Below are positions 31,461 through 40,405 of a stretch of DNA of 64,000 bases, piece after piece. This DNA comes from Burkholderiales bacterium. GTDB lineage: Bacteria > Pseudomonadota > Gammaproteobacteria > Burkholderiales > JALYOK01. Where the stretch lies: assembly GCA_046598945.1 (NCBI GenBank), contig JBKJHT010000033.1:10008-74007 (forward strand), written 5' to 3'. The notes under the pieces are model-generated. The model was not told where the DNA came from, did not search any database, and worked only from the letters and a program-made list of their open reading frames with translations. Numbering within the stretch: position 1 is the first letter of the stretch; each line of letters starts with the position of its first letter. A program made the position numbers and the translations under genes.

Positions 31461-31469
31461 AAGTGTTCC

Positions 31470-31478
31470 GACGAACGG
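31470..31478 (-). promoter_or_regulatory. exact AlgR-type binding 9-mer CCGTTCGTC
   Basis: Forward GACGAACGG equals minus-strand CCGTTCGTC. It sits 9 nt upstream of the putative -35 of the minor-pilin operon. Confidence 0.5.
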
Positions 31479-31571
31479 CGGGATAGGTGGAACAAGCGGA
31501 GAGAATGTGTCTGAAATGTTAACGGCCGAGATAATTTTGTTTCGCGGCGACTCGGGCTGAGTGGAATAGAT

Positions 31572-31600
31572 TAGACAATGACGGCGATATTTTTTAGAAT
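31572..31600 (+). promoter_or_regulatory. putative sigma-70 promoter giving a leaderless fur-family mRNA
   Basis: TAGACA-17 nt-TAGAAT. The -10 ends 6 nt before ATG 31607, and no SD is present. Confidence 0.4.
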
Positions 31601-31606
31601 CGCGAT

Positions 31607-32032
31607 ATGTCGCAAACTCCAGAAAATTCCAACGCCCTTGATCTGACGGCGAAAATCCTTGAATCCGGCGCTGTGAAGCCGACCCGGCAGCGCTTGGCAA
31701 TTGCCCGAGTGTTATTCGCCCGCCACCAACATCTGTCGGCGGATCAGGTGATGCTCTCAGCGAATCGTGCGGGCGCCGAGCTTTCCAAGGCAACGGTATA
31801 TAACACGTTGAAATTATTCGTGGAAAGACGCTTGATCCGGGAAGTGATCGTCGATCCGGACAAGGTGTTTTACGATTCCAACACCGATCCCCACCATCAT
31901 TTTTACGATATTCAGACGGGTGAAATCATGGATATCGATGCCTCGGAAATCACTGTGGCCGGATTGCCACCTTTGCCGGTAGGCAAGGTGGCCGAAGGCG
32001 TGGACGTTATCGTTCGAATTCGGGGTGCGTAA
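31607..32032 (+). CDS. Fur-family transcriptional regulator, Cys-less, Irr-like (HHH motif)
   Basis: 141 aa. Winged-helix part KPTRQRLAIARVLF...LSADQV...ATVYNTLKLFVE. The dimerisation part has DPHHHFYDIQTGEIMDI and no CxxC pairs. Confidence 0.8.
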   Translation: MSQTPENSNALDLTAKILESGAVKPTRQRLAIARVLFARHQHLSADQVMLSANRAGAELSKATVYNTLKLFVERRLIREVIVDPDKVFYDSNTDPHHHFYDIQTGEIMDIDASEITVAGLPPLPVGKVAEGVDVIVRIRGA

Positions 32033-32040
32033 ATCGTCCT

Positions 32041-32098
32041 GCGCCAGGAGGCTCATGGATACTATCTCTTCTCAATGCATACCTGAAACGCCGCACCG
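32041..32098 (+). repeat. REP-like intergenic repeat copy
   Basis: GCGCCAGGAGGCTCATGGATACTATCTCTTCTCAATGCATACCTGAAACGCCGCACCG, located between the fur-like gene and xerC. Confidence 0.55.
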
Positions 32099-32124
32099 AT
32101 ATTTACTCTTAGAGTAACCCACCT

Positions 32125-33012
32125 TCAGCGCCGCTTGGCGCGTGGATGTGCAGCGTCGTACACTTTCGCAAGGTGTTGAAAATCCAAGTGGGTATAGACT
32201 TGTGTCGAGGCGATGCTGGCATGGCCGAGCATTTCCTGCACCGCGCGTAAATCTCCCGACGATTGCAAGACGTGTGACGCGAACGAATGGCGCAACACGT
32301 GGGGGTGAACCGGAATTCGCATGCCTTGTGTTACTGACCAGCGCTTCAGCCGCAGTTGAATGGCGCGGGCGCCGAGCGCCGCGCCGGTGCGCCCGACAAA
32401 CAGTGCGGCTTCGCCCGGCTTGGCAAGTCCTGCACGTAAGCCCAACCAGATTTCCAGCGCTTCTAGCGCTTTTTGCCCAACGGGCACGATCCGCGCCTTG
32501 CCGCCTTTGCCAGTCACGTTCACCTGGCCCTCGGCCCGGTTCACGGATTGCAGTGTCAATCCGGTGATTTCCGACAGGCGCAAACCGGATGAATAGGCCA
32601 ACTCCAAAATTGCCTTGTCGCGTATCGCCAGCGCATCATCGGCGGGCACGTTCATCAGCCGCGCGGCCTCATCGGGCGAGAGCGCTTGCGGCAGGCGTTT
32701 CGCGCTCTTCGGCGGGCGCAGACCGACGCAAGGATTATTTTTGAACCCGTGATTTTGCAGCAGGTAACCAAACAAACCGCGCCAAGCCGAGAGCATCCGT
32801 GCCAAACTGCGACCGCCCAGGCCCTTGCCGTGCAGCGTGGCGATGAAGCGCCGAATATCGTGAACCTGCAGCGACTCAAGCGGCCGCGCTTTGGCGATTT
32901 CAAACAACGTGCCGATATCGCGGCCGTAGTGCTGGCAAGTCAGCGCGGATAGGCGCCGCTCATGGGCCAAATAGGCCAAGTATCCAGCGCGCCAATCCGC
33001 GGGCGTCGGCAC
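32125..33012 (-). CDS. xerC: tyrosine recombinase XerC
   Basis: 295 aa. Contains ARMLSAWRGLF... and HVLRHSFASHVL...LGHASIASTQVYTHL (R-H-R-Y catalytic set). Sits in dapF-DUF484-xerC synteny. Confidence 0.92.
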   Translation of the reverse strand: MPTPADWRAGYLAYLAHERRLSALTCQHYGRDIGTLFEIAKARPLESLQVHDIRRFIATLHGKGLGGRSLARMLSAWRGLFGYLLQNHGFKNNPCVGLRPPKSAKRLPQALSPDEAARLMNVPADDALAIRDKAILELAYSSGLRLSEITGLTLQSVNRAEGQVNVTGKGGKARIVPVGQKALEALEIWLGLRAGLAKPGEAALFVGRTGAALGARAIQLRLKRWSVTQGMRIPVHPHVLRHSFASHVLQSSGDLRAVQEMLGHASIASTQVYTHLDFQHLAKVYDAAHPRAKRR

Positions 33013-33675
33013 TTAAGCCTTGTTTAGCGCCCGCATCAATGCGACGCTGGTGAGTTCCGACAGTCGATGCAGATACAGCGTACCCATTTCCGGATAGAAG
33101 CGCGTGGCATCTTCCGAGGCGAGAACCAGCAGCCCCAACACCTCGTCGCGCTTAAGCGGAATCAAAGCGAAGGAGCGCAAGTGACTCGCCGCTTCGCCAA
33201 ACCAGTGATCCACCTCGTACACCGCGTGTTGGCCGCAATAGGGTGCGGTCATGGCAGCGGTGAATTGCTTGATCTCCTGGCTGATCTCGGTGAATTCCAC
33301 GCGGTTTGCCAACGGCGCGGATTGCGGCCACAGGCGCATGGTGACATGCGGCACATTGAACTGTTCCTCCAGGCTGGCGCAAATCATATCGATGACCGAT
33401 TCGGGATCGTATTCGCCGAGCAAGGCGACGGCCAGATGATGGATTTTTTCGCTCAGCTTATCGTTTTCTTCGCCGTATTGAATGAGTTCGGCGAGCTTGG
33501 CTTCGAGAATTTTAGTCTTCTCGCGCAGCGTCAATATCTGCCGCTCGCTGATGGAAATCGCGCGCCCGCCGTGCGGATGGGGTAACTGAATTTCCGCCAG
33601 AATCGGCGCGTAGTCTTCAAAAAAAGTTGGGTTGTCACGCAGAAAAACGGCAACCTGTTCAGCGCTGATTAGCAT
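33013..33675 (-). CDS. DUF484 family protein (YigA-like)
   Basis: 220 aa. MLISAEQVAVFLRDNPTFFEDY... It holds the conserved position between dapF and xerC. Confidence 0.85.
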   Translation of the reverse strand: MLISAEQVAVFLRDNPTFFEDYAPILAEIQLPHPHGGRAISISERQILTLREKTKILEAKLAELIQYGEENDKLSEKIHHLAVALLGEYDPESVIDMICASLEEQFNVPHVTMRLWPQSAPLANRVEFTEISQEIKQFTAAMTAPYCGQHAVYEVDHWFGEAASHLRSFALIPLKRDEVLGLLVLASEDATRFYPEMGTLYLHRLSELTSVALMRALNKA

Positions 33676-33690
33676 GGATTGTCCTGAGTT

Positions 33691-34521
33691 TTATAGTTCT
33701 ATTTCGCCGCTAAAGACCGTCTCGGCGGACCCCGTCATCATAACCGGCGTGCCTTCGCCTCGCCACTCAATGACGAGCTGCCCACCGCGGGTGTGCACGA
33801 CGACGCGAGGATCGAGCGAGCCAAGGGCAATGCCCGCCGCCACCGCCGCGCACGCGCCAGTCCCACATGCCAAGGTTTCGCCGGCGCCGCGCTCCCAGAC
33901 GCGCAACTTAATTTCACCGCGGTTAAGGATCTGCATATAGCCCGCGTTCACACGCGCGGGAAAATCGGCATGATGCTCGATCAAGGGACCTTGCGCGAGC
34001 ACCGGCGCGGCGTCGACATCGTCGACCACCTGCACCGCGTGGGGGTTGCCCATGGAAAGCGCGCTGACGTTGATTTTTACGCCCGCAACGTCGAGTTCGT
34101 AGCGCGCGGCGCGAGCGGCGCGACGCAGCGGAATATCGCCCGGCGCGAAGCGCGGCGCACCCATATCGACGCTAACCTCGCCGTTAGGATTGAGGCGCGG
34201 TGCGATGATGCCGCTCTTGGTTTCGACCCGAATTTCGTCCTTGGTTGTGAGCCCTTGATCGCGAACGAAGTGCACGAAACAGCGTGCGCCGTTGCCACAT
34301 TGCTCGACCTCGCCGCCGTCAGCGTTGAAAATGCGATAACGAAAATCCACATTAGGCTGGGTGGCGGATTCAACCAATAAAATCTGATCACAGCCGACAC
34401 CGCGATGCCGATCGGCGAGGTAGCGTAATTGTTCGCGACTGAGTTGGATGGCTTGCGTCACGCCGTTGAGCACAACGAAATCATTGCCCAAGCCGTGCAT
34501 TTTAGAAAACTTCAACCGCAT
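33691..34521 (-). CDS. dapF: diaminopimelate epimerase
   Basis: 276 aa. [17 protein letters not shown], with catalytic Cys motifs [17 protein letters not shown] and [10 protein letters not shown]. Confidence 0.96.
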   Translation of the reverse strand: MRLKFSKMHGLGNDFVVLNGVTQAIQLSREQLRYLADRHRGVGCDQILLVESATQPNVDFRYRIFNADGGEVEQCGNGARCFVHFVRDQGLTTKDEIRVETKSGIIAPRLNPNGEVSVDMGAPRFAPGDIPLRRAARAARYELDVAGVKINVSALSMGNPHAVQVVDDVDAAPVLAQGPLIEHHADFPARVNAGYMQILNRGEIKLRVWERGAGETLACGTGACAAVAAGIALGSLDPRVVVHTRGGQLVIEWRGEGTPVMMTGSAETVFSGEIEL

Positions 34522-34576
34522 TGAATGGTCGTCTTTGACATCAAACGATTATAACCAAGATTTACCAATGGCCTGG

Positions 34577-35461
34577 TTATTCGTGGTAAAAACTCGGCTC
34601 ACCTTCCGGACGTGTCTTAAAGCGTTTGTGGGTCCACAGATATTGCTCCGGCATTTCTTTAATGCGCGCCTCGATAAAAGCGTTCATGCGGCGCGTATCT
34701 GCCGCCACATCGTCGGTCGGAAAATCCGCCCACGCGGGATAAATTGTCACGTCGTAACCGCGGCCGCCCGGCAGTTGCCGCGCGATCACCGGCAACACCA
34801 CTGCATTGGTTAGTTTCGCGATGCGCGACAGGCCGGTCACGGTCGCCGCAAGCACGCCGAAGAATGGCACGAACAGTGCGTCACGGCGGCCGAAATCGAG
34901 ATCCGGCAAATAGTAAAACGAGGCGCCCTGACGCAATGCTTTCACCACCCCGCGCAATCCGTCCTGACGCGAAAACAGCACGGATTGATTAAAGCGATTG
35001 CGGCCTTTGAGCAGCATGCGGTTCAACAGTTCGCTATTTTGCCGACTGTACACCGAAGCGACCGGCCGCTCGGCGCTGAGCCGAACGCCGGCCCAATCGA
35101 GCCCGGAGAAATGCGGCGCGAGCCAAATGATGGGGCGCGATTCGACCGCCCGCCAATGTTCCATGCCCTGCACGCGAATCAGCCGATGAAAACGCCGGTC
35201 AGACGCCCACCACAGCAAACCCTGTTCGAGCACCACTTGGGAAAACGAGCGGAAGTGATCGCGCGCGATGCGGCGCTGTTGCTGCGCCGACAACTCGGGA
35301 AAGCATAGGCGGAGGTTTTTCAGCGCGACCCGCCGACGCGAGCGGCCGACTAGGTAAAGCATGCTGCCTAGCCCCCGGGCGAGCCACGCCAACAACGGCA
35401 GCGGTAGCCAATGTAGCAGCCAGGAAAGACCGAGAACCAGGCGACCGCCGAATTCGGTCAT
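34577..35461 (-). CDS. lpxL: lipid A biosynthesis (Kdo)2-lipid IVA acyltransferase, LpxL/HtrB family
   Basis: 294 aa. N-terminal anchor plus the PHFSGLDW (HX4D-type) acyltransferase motif. The tail reads YLWTHKRFKTRP. Confidence 0.8.
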   Translation of the reverse strand: MTEFGGRLVLGLSWLLHWLPLPLLAWLARGLGSMLYLVGRSRRRVALKNLRLCFPELSAQQQRRIARDHFRSFSQVVLEQGLLWWASDRRFHRLIRVQGMEHWRAVESRPIIWLAPHFSGLDWAGVRLSAERPVASVYSRQNSELLNRMLLKGRNRFNQSVLFSRQDGLRGVVKALRQGASFYYLPDLDFGRRDALFVPFFGVLAATVTGLSRIAKLTNAVVLPVIARQLPGGRGYDVTIYPAWADFPTDDVAADTRRMNAFIEARIKEMPEQYLWTHKRFKTRPEGEPSFYHE

Positions 35462-35494
35462 GCCTCAAAGGCCCAATACAGAAGCGCCTTTCCA

Positions 35495-35543
35495 GGCCTA
35501 TGCTGCCACGAGCCAGTATCCATAAGGGTTGCAGCCAGGCAGG
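35495..35543 (-). repeat. REP-like intergenic repeat copy (inverted orientation)
   Basis: The reverse complement reads CCTGCCTGGCTGCAACCCTTATGGATACTGGCTCGTGGCAGCATAGGCC. It lies between the two lpxL-type genes. Confidence 0.55.
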
Positions 35544-35564
35544 TTATTAAAGCAATCGGATTTC

Positions 35565-36467
35565 TCATGGGGGCGCGGCCGAATTCGGCGCGCGCGCGCC
35601 GGACGGTACCTTGTAGCGGTTGTAGCTCCATAGATATTGGCTCGGGCATTGGCGAATCAAATCCTCCATCGCGAGGTTCATTTGGCGCGCCGCTGCCACA
35701 TCTTCGTCGGCCAACGGTGCCGATATTCGCTTAAAATGTAGCAAATAGCCGCGTCCTTCATTCAATCGTTCGGCGTACATGGCGATAATGGGTGCCCCGG
35801 ATCGTTGTTGCAAACGCCGAATCAACGTCATGGTATAGGCGGGACGATTGAAAAAATCCGCCCACACGCCTTCGCCGGCACCAGGTGCCTGATCGGGCAA
35901 AATACCAAGTGCTTCGCCACGCTTAAGCGCTCTTAGCAGGTCGCGCACGCCGCTTACGTCTGTGGTCGCCAACCGCGCTTGATCGCGTTCGCGCCCGGCG
36001 CGCATGATCGGCTCAAGCCAGGATAGTTTCGGCGGTCGGTAAAGAACCGTAATCGGAAATTGCGCCCCCAGATAGCGGCCAATCAACTCAAAGCTACCCA
36101 GATGGGGCGTCAACATAATTAAACCTTTGCCTTCTGCGTGGGCCGATTGAACCGCTTGCCATCCGTCCGCAACGCTCACCTTAGCAAGCACATCGCCGGT
36201 GGGTCGAAGCCAAACAAACGGCAGTTCGAGAATCGCTTTGCCGGATTCCGCCACATTGGCGCGAATCAGCGCCTTCAGTTGCGCGGAATTTTCGGCGATC
36301 CGGCTGGCGCCCAGGTTTTCACACAATCGCTTGCGATAACTCGGTGCAAGCCCATAAGCCGCCCAGCCCAGCCCGACACCCAGCAAGTGGACAAACGGCA
36401 GTGGCAGGCGGGCAAACAACAAAGCGAGGTGCTTAATCATCCCAGCAAATTTTTTGAGTTCCAGCAA
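35565..36467 (-). CDS. second LpxL/LpxM-family lipid A late acyltransferase
   Basis: 300 aa. Contains TPHLGSFEL (HX4E/D motif) and a YLWSYNRYK tail. It is a paralogue of the neighbouring gene. Confidence 0.78.
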   Translation of the reverse strand: MLELKKFAGMIKHLALLFARLPLPFVHLLGVGLGWAAYGLAPSYRKRLCENLGASRIAENSAQLKALIRANVAESGKAILELPFVWLRPTGDVLAKVSVADGWQAVQSAHAEGKGLIMLTPHLGSFELIGRYLGAQFPITVLYRPPKLSWLEPIMRAGRERDQARLATTDVSGVRDLLRALKRGEALGILPDQAPGAGEGVWADFFNRPAYTMTLIRRLQQRSGAPIIAMYAERLNEGRGYLLHFKRISAPLADEDVAAARQMNLAMEDLIRQCPSQYLWSYNRYKVPSGARAPNSAAPP

Positions 36468-36526
36468 AAGTTTGCTAGGATTGTGAGTTGTTTGATAACT
36501 ACTTAACCGATAGGCCGATCCCGACC

Positions 36527-37720
36527 ATGAGCAATTATCTATTTTCTTCCGAATCCGTCTCTGAAGGCCATCCCGACAAAGTCGCGGACCAAATTTCCGA
36601 TGCGGTGTTGGACGCGATTCTAGCGCAAGACCCGCACGGTCGGGTAGCCTGCGAGACCTTGGTTGCGACGGGACTCGTAGTGATATCCGGTGAAATCACC
36701 ACCAAAGGCCATATCAACTATATCGAAATCGCCCGCGACACCGTACGGCGTATCGGTTATACCGATTCGGACATCGGCTTCGATTACAAATCCTGCGCCG
36801 TGTTGACGGCCATTAACCGCCAATCGCCCGACATCGCCCAGGGCGTCAACGAAGGCGAAGGTTTGGATCTCGACCAAGGCGCGGGCGATCAAGGTCTGAT
36901 GTTTGGCTACGCCTGCCGCGAAACGGCCTCGCTGATGCCGCTGCCGATTTACTACGCACACCGCGTCATGCAGCGCCAAGCTGAAGTGCGCCGCGACGGC
37001 CGCTTGCCATGGTTGCGCCCCGATGCCAAAAGCCAGCTCACGGTGCGCTACGTCGATGGCGTGCCGACGGAAATCGATACGGTGGTGGTATCCACCCAGC
37101 ATAGCCCGGACGTGTCCCACGCGCAGTTGTCGGAAGCCGTCATCGAAGAAATTATCAAACCGGTGTTGCCGAAGGAATTGCTCAAAGCCAATACACGCTA
37201 TTTGGTCAACCCGACCGGCCGCTTCGTCGTCGGCGGCCCGCACGGCGATTGTGGCCTAACCGGCCGTAAAATCATTGTCGATTCCTACGGCGGCGCAGCC
37301 CATCATGGCGGTGGCGCGTTCTCCGGAAAAGACCCGTCGAAGGTCGATCGCTCGGCGGCTTACGCGATGCGTTATGTGGCCAAGAATATCGTCGCCGCCG
37401 GTCTGGCGGATCGATGCGAAGTTCAAGTGGCCTACGCCATCGGCGTTGCCAAGCCGGTTTCAGTGATGGTGAGCACTTACGGAACCGGTAAAGTCTCGGA
37501 CGACAGAATCTGTGATCTGATCCAAAAACACTTCGATTTGCGTCCGAAAGGCATCATCCAAGCGCTCGATTTGTTGCGTCCGATTTACAGCAAAACCGCC
37601 GCCTACGGACACTTTGGCCGCGAAGAACCGGAATTTACCTGGGAACTGACCGACAAAGCGGATATACTTCGCGCCGAAGCCGGGTTGAAAGGCGCGCGGC
37701 CGATTTTAGCCGTCGCTTAA
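36527..37720 (+). CDS. metK: S-adenosylmethionine synthetase
   Basis: Start at ATG 36527 ([30 protein letters not shown]). Contains [12 protein letters not shown] and [19 protein letters not shown]. Confidence 0.97.
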   Translation: MSNYLFSSESVSEGHPDKVADQISDAVLDAILAQDPHGRVACETLVATGLVVISGEITTKGHINYIEIARDTVRRIGYTDSDIGFDYKSCAVLTAINRQSPDIAQGVNEGEGLDLDQGAGDQGLMFGYACRETASLMPLPIYYAHRVMQRQAEVRRDGRLPWLRPDAKSQLTVRYVDGVPTEIDTVVVSTQHSPDVSHAQLSEAVIEEIIKPVLPKELLKANTRYLVNPTGRFVVGGPHGDCGLTGRKIIVDSYGGAAHHGGGAFSGKDPSKVDRSAAYAMRYVAKNIVAAGLADRCEVQVAYAIGVAKPVSVMVSTYGTGKVSDDRICDLIQKHFDLRPKGIIQALDLLRPIYSKTAAYGHFGREEPEFTWELTDKADILRAEAGLKGARPILAVA

Positions 37721-37762
37721 TTTTTTTGGGGTAGCGCAACGCTACCCCGTATGTCTACCTTG

Positions 37763-37845
37763 CTCTGAGGGGCGCTGCGACGGGGGAAGTTTCAACACCT
37801 CGCCAGGCTCAGGGCTGCAAGGGTAAAGCTTCAACCGCGCTCATT
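37763..37845 (+). promoter_or_regulatory. SAH (S-adenosylhomocysteine) riboswitch in the ahcY leader
   Basis: CTCTGAGGGGCGCTGCGACGGGGG...CCTCGCCAGGCTCAGGGC...CAACCGCGCTCA carries the conserved GAGGNGCGCUGCGAC / GCCAGGCUC / AACNGCGCUCA blocks. It ends about 25 nt before the ahcY ATG. Confidence 0.8.
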
Positions 37846-37871
37846 CATTAACTTGAATGGAGATACGACCT

Positions 37872-39287
37872 ATGAACGCAATCCTCGAACAATCCAATAA
37901 AGACTACTTTGTTGCCGACATGAAGTTGGCCGACTGGGGTCGCAAAGAGATCAAAATCGCCCAGACCGAAATGCCCGGCCTGATGGCGATTCGCGAAGAG
38001 TTCGCCAAGACCCAGCCGCTCAAAGGCGCGCGCATCACCGGCTCGCTGCACATGACCATCCAAACCGCCGTGCTGATCGAGACTCTGCAAGCGCTCGGCG
38101 CGCAAGTTCGCTGGGCCTCGTGCAACATCTTCTCGACCCAAGACCACGCCGCCGCCGCTATCGCCGCGACCGGCACGCCGGTGTTCGCCTACAAAGGCGA
38201 AACGCTGGAAGAATATTGGGATTACACCCATCGCATTTTTGAGTGGGCCGATGGTGGATTCACCAACATGATTTTGGATGACGGCGGCGACGCGACGTTG
38301 TTGCTGCACCTCGGCGCACGCGCGGAAAAAGATGCCTCGTTGATCGCTAAAGCCGGTAGCGAAGAAGAGAAATTCCTGTTCGCTGCGATCAAAAAAACCT
38401 TGGCGTCGCATCCGGGTTGGTATTCCAAACGCTTGGCCGCAATCAAAGGCGTGACCGAAGAAACCACCACCGGCGTGCATCGTTTGTATCAAATGCACAA
38501 GGAAGGCAAGCTCGCCTTCCCGGCCATTAACGTGAACGACAGCGTAACCAAATCGAAATTCGATAATCTTTATGGCTGCCGCGAATCCCTGGTCGACGGC
38601 ATCAAGCGCGCGACTGACGTAATGATCGCCGGCAAAGTCGCCGTCGTCGCCGGTTACGGCGATGTGGGCAAAGGCTCGGCGCAGGCGTTGCGTGCGTTGT
38701 CGGCGCAAGTGTGGGTGACGGAAATCGATCCCATCTGCGCGCTGCAAGCGGCGATGGAGGGTTATCGCGTGGTGACCATGGATTATGCCGCCGACAAAGC
38801 CGATATTTTCGTCACGGCAACAGGCAACTTTCACGTCATCACCCACGACCACATGGCGAAAATGAAAGACCAAGCCATCGTCTGCAACATCGGCCATTTC
38901 GACAACGAGATCGATGTCGCCGGCGTTGAGAAATACCAATGGGAAGAGATCAAACCGCAAGTCGACCACATCATCTTCCCCGACGGCAAACGCATTATCA
39001 TGCTCGCCAAGGGCCGCCTGGTAAACCTGGGCTGCGGCACAGGGCATCCGAGCTACGTGATGAGTTCGTCGTTCGCGAATCAAACTATTGCCCAGATCGA
39101 GTTATTTACGCAAACGGCTAACTATCCGGTGGGAGTGCATGTGCTGCCGAAACATCTCGACGAAAAAGTCGCGCGTCTGCAGTTGAAAAAACTCAATGCG
39201 CAGTTGACGGAACTGACCGATACCCAGGCGGCGTACATCAGCGTGCAGAAGCAAGGGCCGTATAAGGCGGATCACTACCGCTACTAA
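37872..39287 (+). CDS. ahcY: adenosylhomocysteinase
   Basis: Start at ATG 37872 after GGAG ([27 protein letters not shown]). NAD-binding site [10 protein letters not shown]. About 471 aa. Confidence 0.97.
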   Translation: MNAILEQSNKDYFVADMKLADWGRKEIKIAQTEMPGLMAIREEFAKTQPLKGARITGSLHMTIQTAVLIETLQALGAQVRWASCNIFSTQDHAAAAIAATGTPVFAYKGETLEEYWDYTHRIFEWADGGFTNMILDDGGDATLLLHLGARAEKDASLIAKAGSEEEKFLFAAIKKTLASHPGWYSKRLAAIKGVTEETTTGVHRLYQMHKEGKLAFPAINVNDSVTKSKFDNLYGCRESLVDGIKRATDVMIAGKVAVVAGYGDVGKGSAQALRALSAQVWVTEIDPICALQAAMEGYRVVTMDYAADKADIFVTATGNFHVITHDHMAKMKDQAIVCNIGHFDNEIDVAGVEKYQWEEIKPQVDHIIFPDGKRIIMLAKGRLVNLGCGTGHPSYVMSSSFANQTIAQIELFTQTANYPVGVHVLPKHLDEKVARLQLKKLNAQLTELTDTQAAYISVQKQGPYKADHYRY

Positions 39288-39359
39288 GTTCGGGTGGATC
39301 AAGGCGGTAAAGCGAACGTCGCACTTGCCGCCTTGGAATTTTCAACCATCCTTGCCTAT

Positions 39360-39437
39360 GTCATTGCGAGCAACGCGAAGCAATCGCGATTTTGTGGTGC
39401 CGGAAATACGAGATTGCTTCGCGTTGCTCGCAATGAC
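39360..39437. repeat. perfect 26-bp inverted repeat with 26-nt spacer (palindromic hairpin element)
   Basis: GTCATTGCGAGCAACGCGAAGCAATC (39360-39385) and its exact reverse complement GATTGCTTCGCGTTGCTCGCAATGAC (39412-39437). Located between ahcY and metF. Confidence 0.9.
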
Positions 39438-39483
39438 TCAGTTGGATGTATCTCACGCTTCGTTCTAAATGTACCCAACCAAC

Positions 39484-40320
39484 ATGACTGCTCCCCCACG
39501 CACATTTAGTTTCGAGTTTTTCCCCCCAAAAACCCCAGAAGGCGCGCAAAAACTCCGCGTCGTTCGCAAACAACTCGCGCAGTTGAATCCCGAATTCTTC
39601 TCGGTCACGTTCGGCGCCGGCGGCTCAACGCAAGATCGAACCCTCGAAACCGTTCTAGAAATCCAAGCCGACGGCTCGAACGCCGCGCCGCATCTTTCTT
39701 GCGTCGGGTCGACGCAAGAAAACATTCGCGCGATTCTGCAGAAATATCGCGACAACGGCATCAAACACATCGTCGCGCTACGCGGTGATTTGCCATCCGG
39801 CACCTACGGCGTCGGCGAATTTCGTTACGCCAACGAGTTGGTCGAATTCATTCGCCAAGAAACCGGCGATCTTTTTCAGATCGAGGTGGCCGCCTATCCG
39901 GAGTTCCATCCGCAAGCACGCTCCGCTCAGGAAAACTTGCAGCACTTCAAACAAAAAGTGGACGCCGGCGCCAACGCCGCGATCACGCAGTATTTTTTCA
40001 ACGCCGACGCCTACTTTAATTTCGTCGATGAGTGCCAAGCGATGAACATCGCGATTCCCATCGTGCCGGGCATTATGCCGATCAATAATTTCAGCCAACT
40101 GGCGCGCTTTTCCGATGCCTGCGGCGCGGAGATTCCGCGTTGGATGCGCCTCAAGATGCAAAGCTATGGCGATGACACGGCGTCGATTCGCGCGTTTGGT
40201 TTGGAGGTAATTTGCGCGTTGTGCGATCGGTTGTTGTCGCAGGGCGTGCCAGGCTTGCATTTCTACACGCTTAATCAAGCGGGAACGACTAGTATGATTT
40301 GGCAGCGGCTCGGACTTTAA
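39484..40320 (+). CDS. metF: methylenetetrahydrofolate reductase
   Basis: MTAPPRTFSFEFFPPKTPEG...HFYTLNQA. The start is ATG 39484 or ATG 39469. Confidence 0.95.
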   Translation: MTAPPRTFSFEFFPPKTPEGAQKLRVVRKQLAQLNPEFFSVTFGAGGSTQDRTLETVLEIQADGSNAAPHLSCVGSTQENIRAILQKYRDNGIKHIVALRGDLPSGTYGVGEFRYANELVEFIRQETGDLFQIEVAAYPEFHPQARSAQENLQHFKQKVDAGANAAITQYFFNADAYFNFVDECQAMNIAIPIVPGIMPINNFSQLARFSDACGAEIPRWMRLKMQSYGDDTASIRAFGLEVICALCDRLLSQGVPGLHFYTLNQAGTTSMIWQRLGL

Positions 40321-40326
40321 TAGACC

Positions 40327-40371
40327 GTGCCACGAGGCATATGCAGTCTACCTCGTGGCAATGCATCCCTG
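40327..40371 (+). repeat. REP-like intergenic repeat copy with hairpin
   Basis: GTGCCACGAGGCATATGCAGTCTACCTCGTGGCAATGCATCCCTG, located between the convergent metF and ntrC genes. Confidence 0.6.
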
Positions 40372-40405
40372 TAGAAGCAATATCCATAGGCATCTATAGG
40401 CCATA

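Noticed and set aside
31454-31468. TGGCAC on the minus strand upstream of the pilin operon, a possible sigma-54 promoter
   Set aside because: The downstream element reads CGCC with the GC one position off (TGGCAC-ATCTT-CGCC), and no TTGC is present. The same hexamer fits better as part of a sigma-70 -35 (TTGGCA) with a 17-nt spacer to TACTAT.
37728-37748. GGGGTAGCG-CAA-CGCTACCCC hairpin right after metK, a possible terminator
   Set aside because: The T-run precedes rather than follows the stem on the plus strand, and there is no minus-strand gene for it to terminate. It may still be a weak or processing structure upstream of the SAH riboswitch, but I cannot call it a terminator.
37848-39083. 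411-aa ORF on the minus strand, the longest unexplained ORF in the track
   Set aside because: It lies exactly antisense to ahcY, which has unmistakable adenosylhomocysteinase motifs. The product is R/G/A/H-rich low-complexity sequence with no recognisable motif. This is a typical shadow ORF in GC-rich DNA.
39300-39335. CAAGGCGG...CCGCCTTG hairpin after ahcY
   Set aside because: It is an 8-bp stem with a 20-nt loop and only a weak T tract (GAATTTTC). This is too weak to call a terminator, and it is overshadowed by the adjacent 26-bp inverted repeat.
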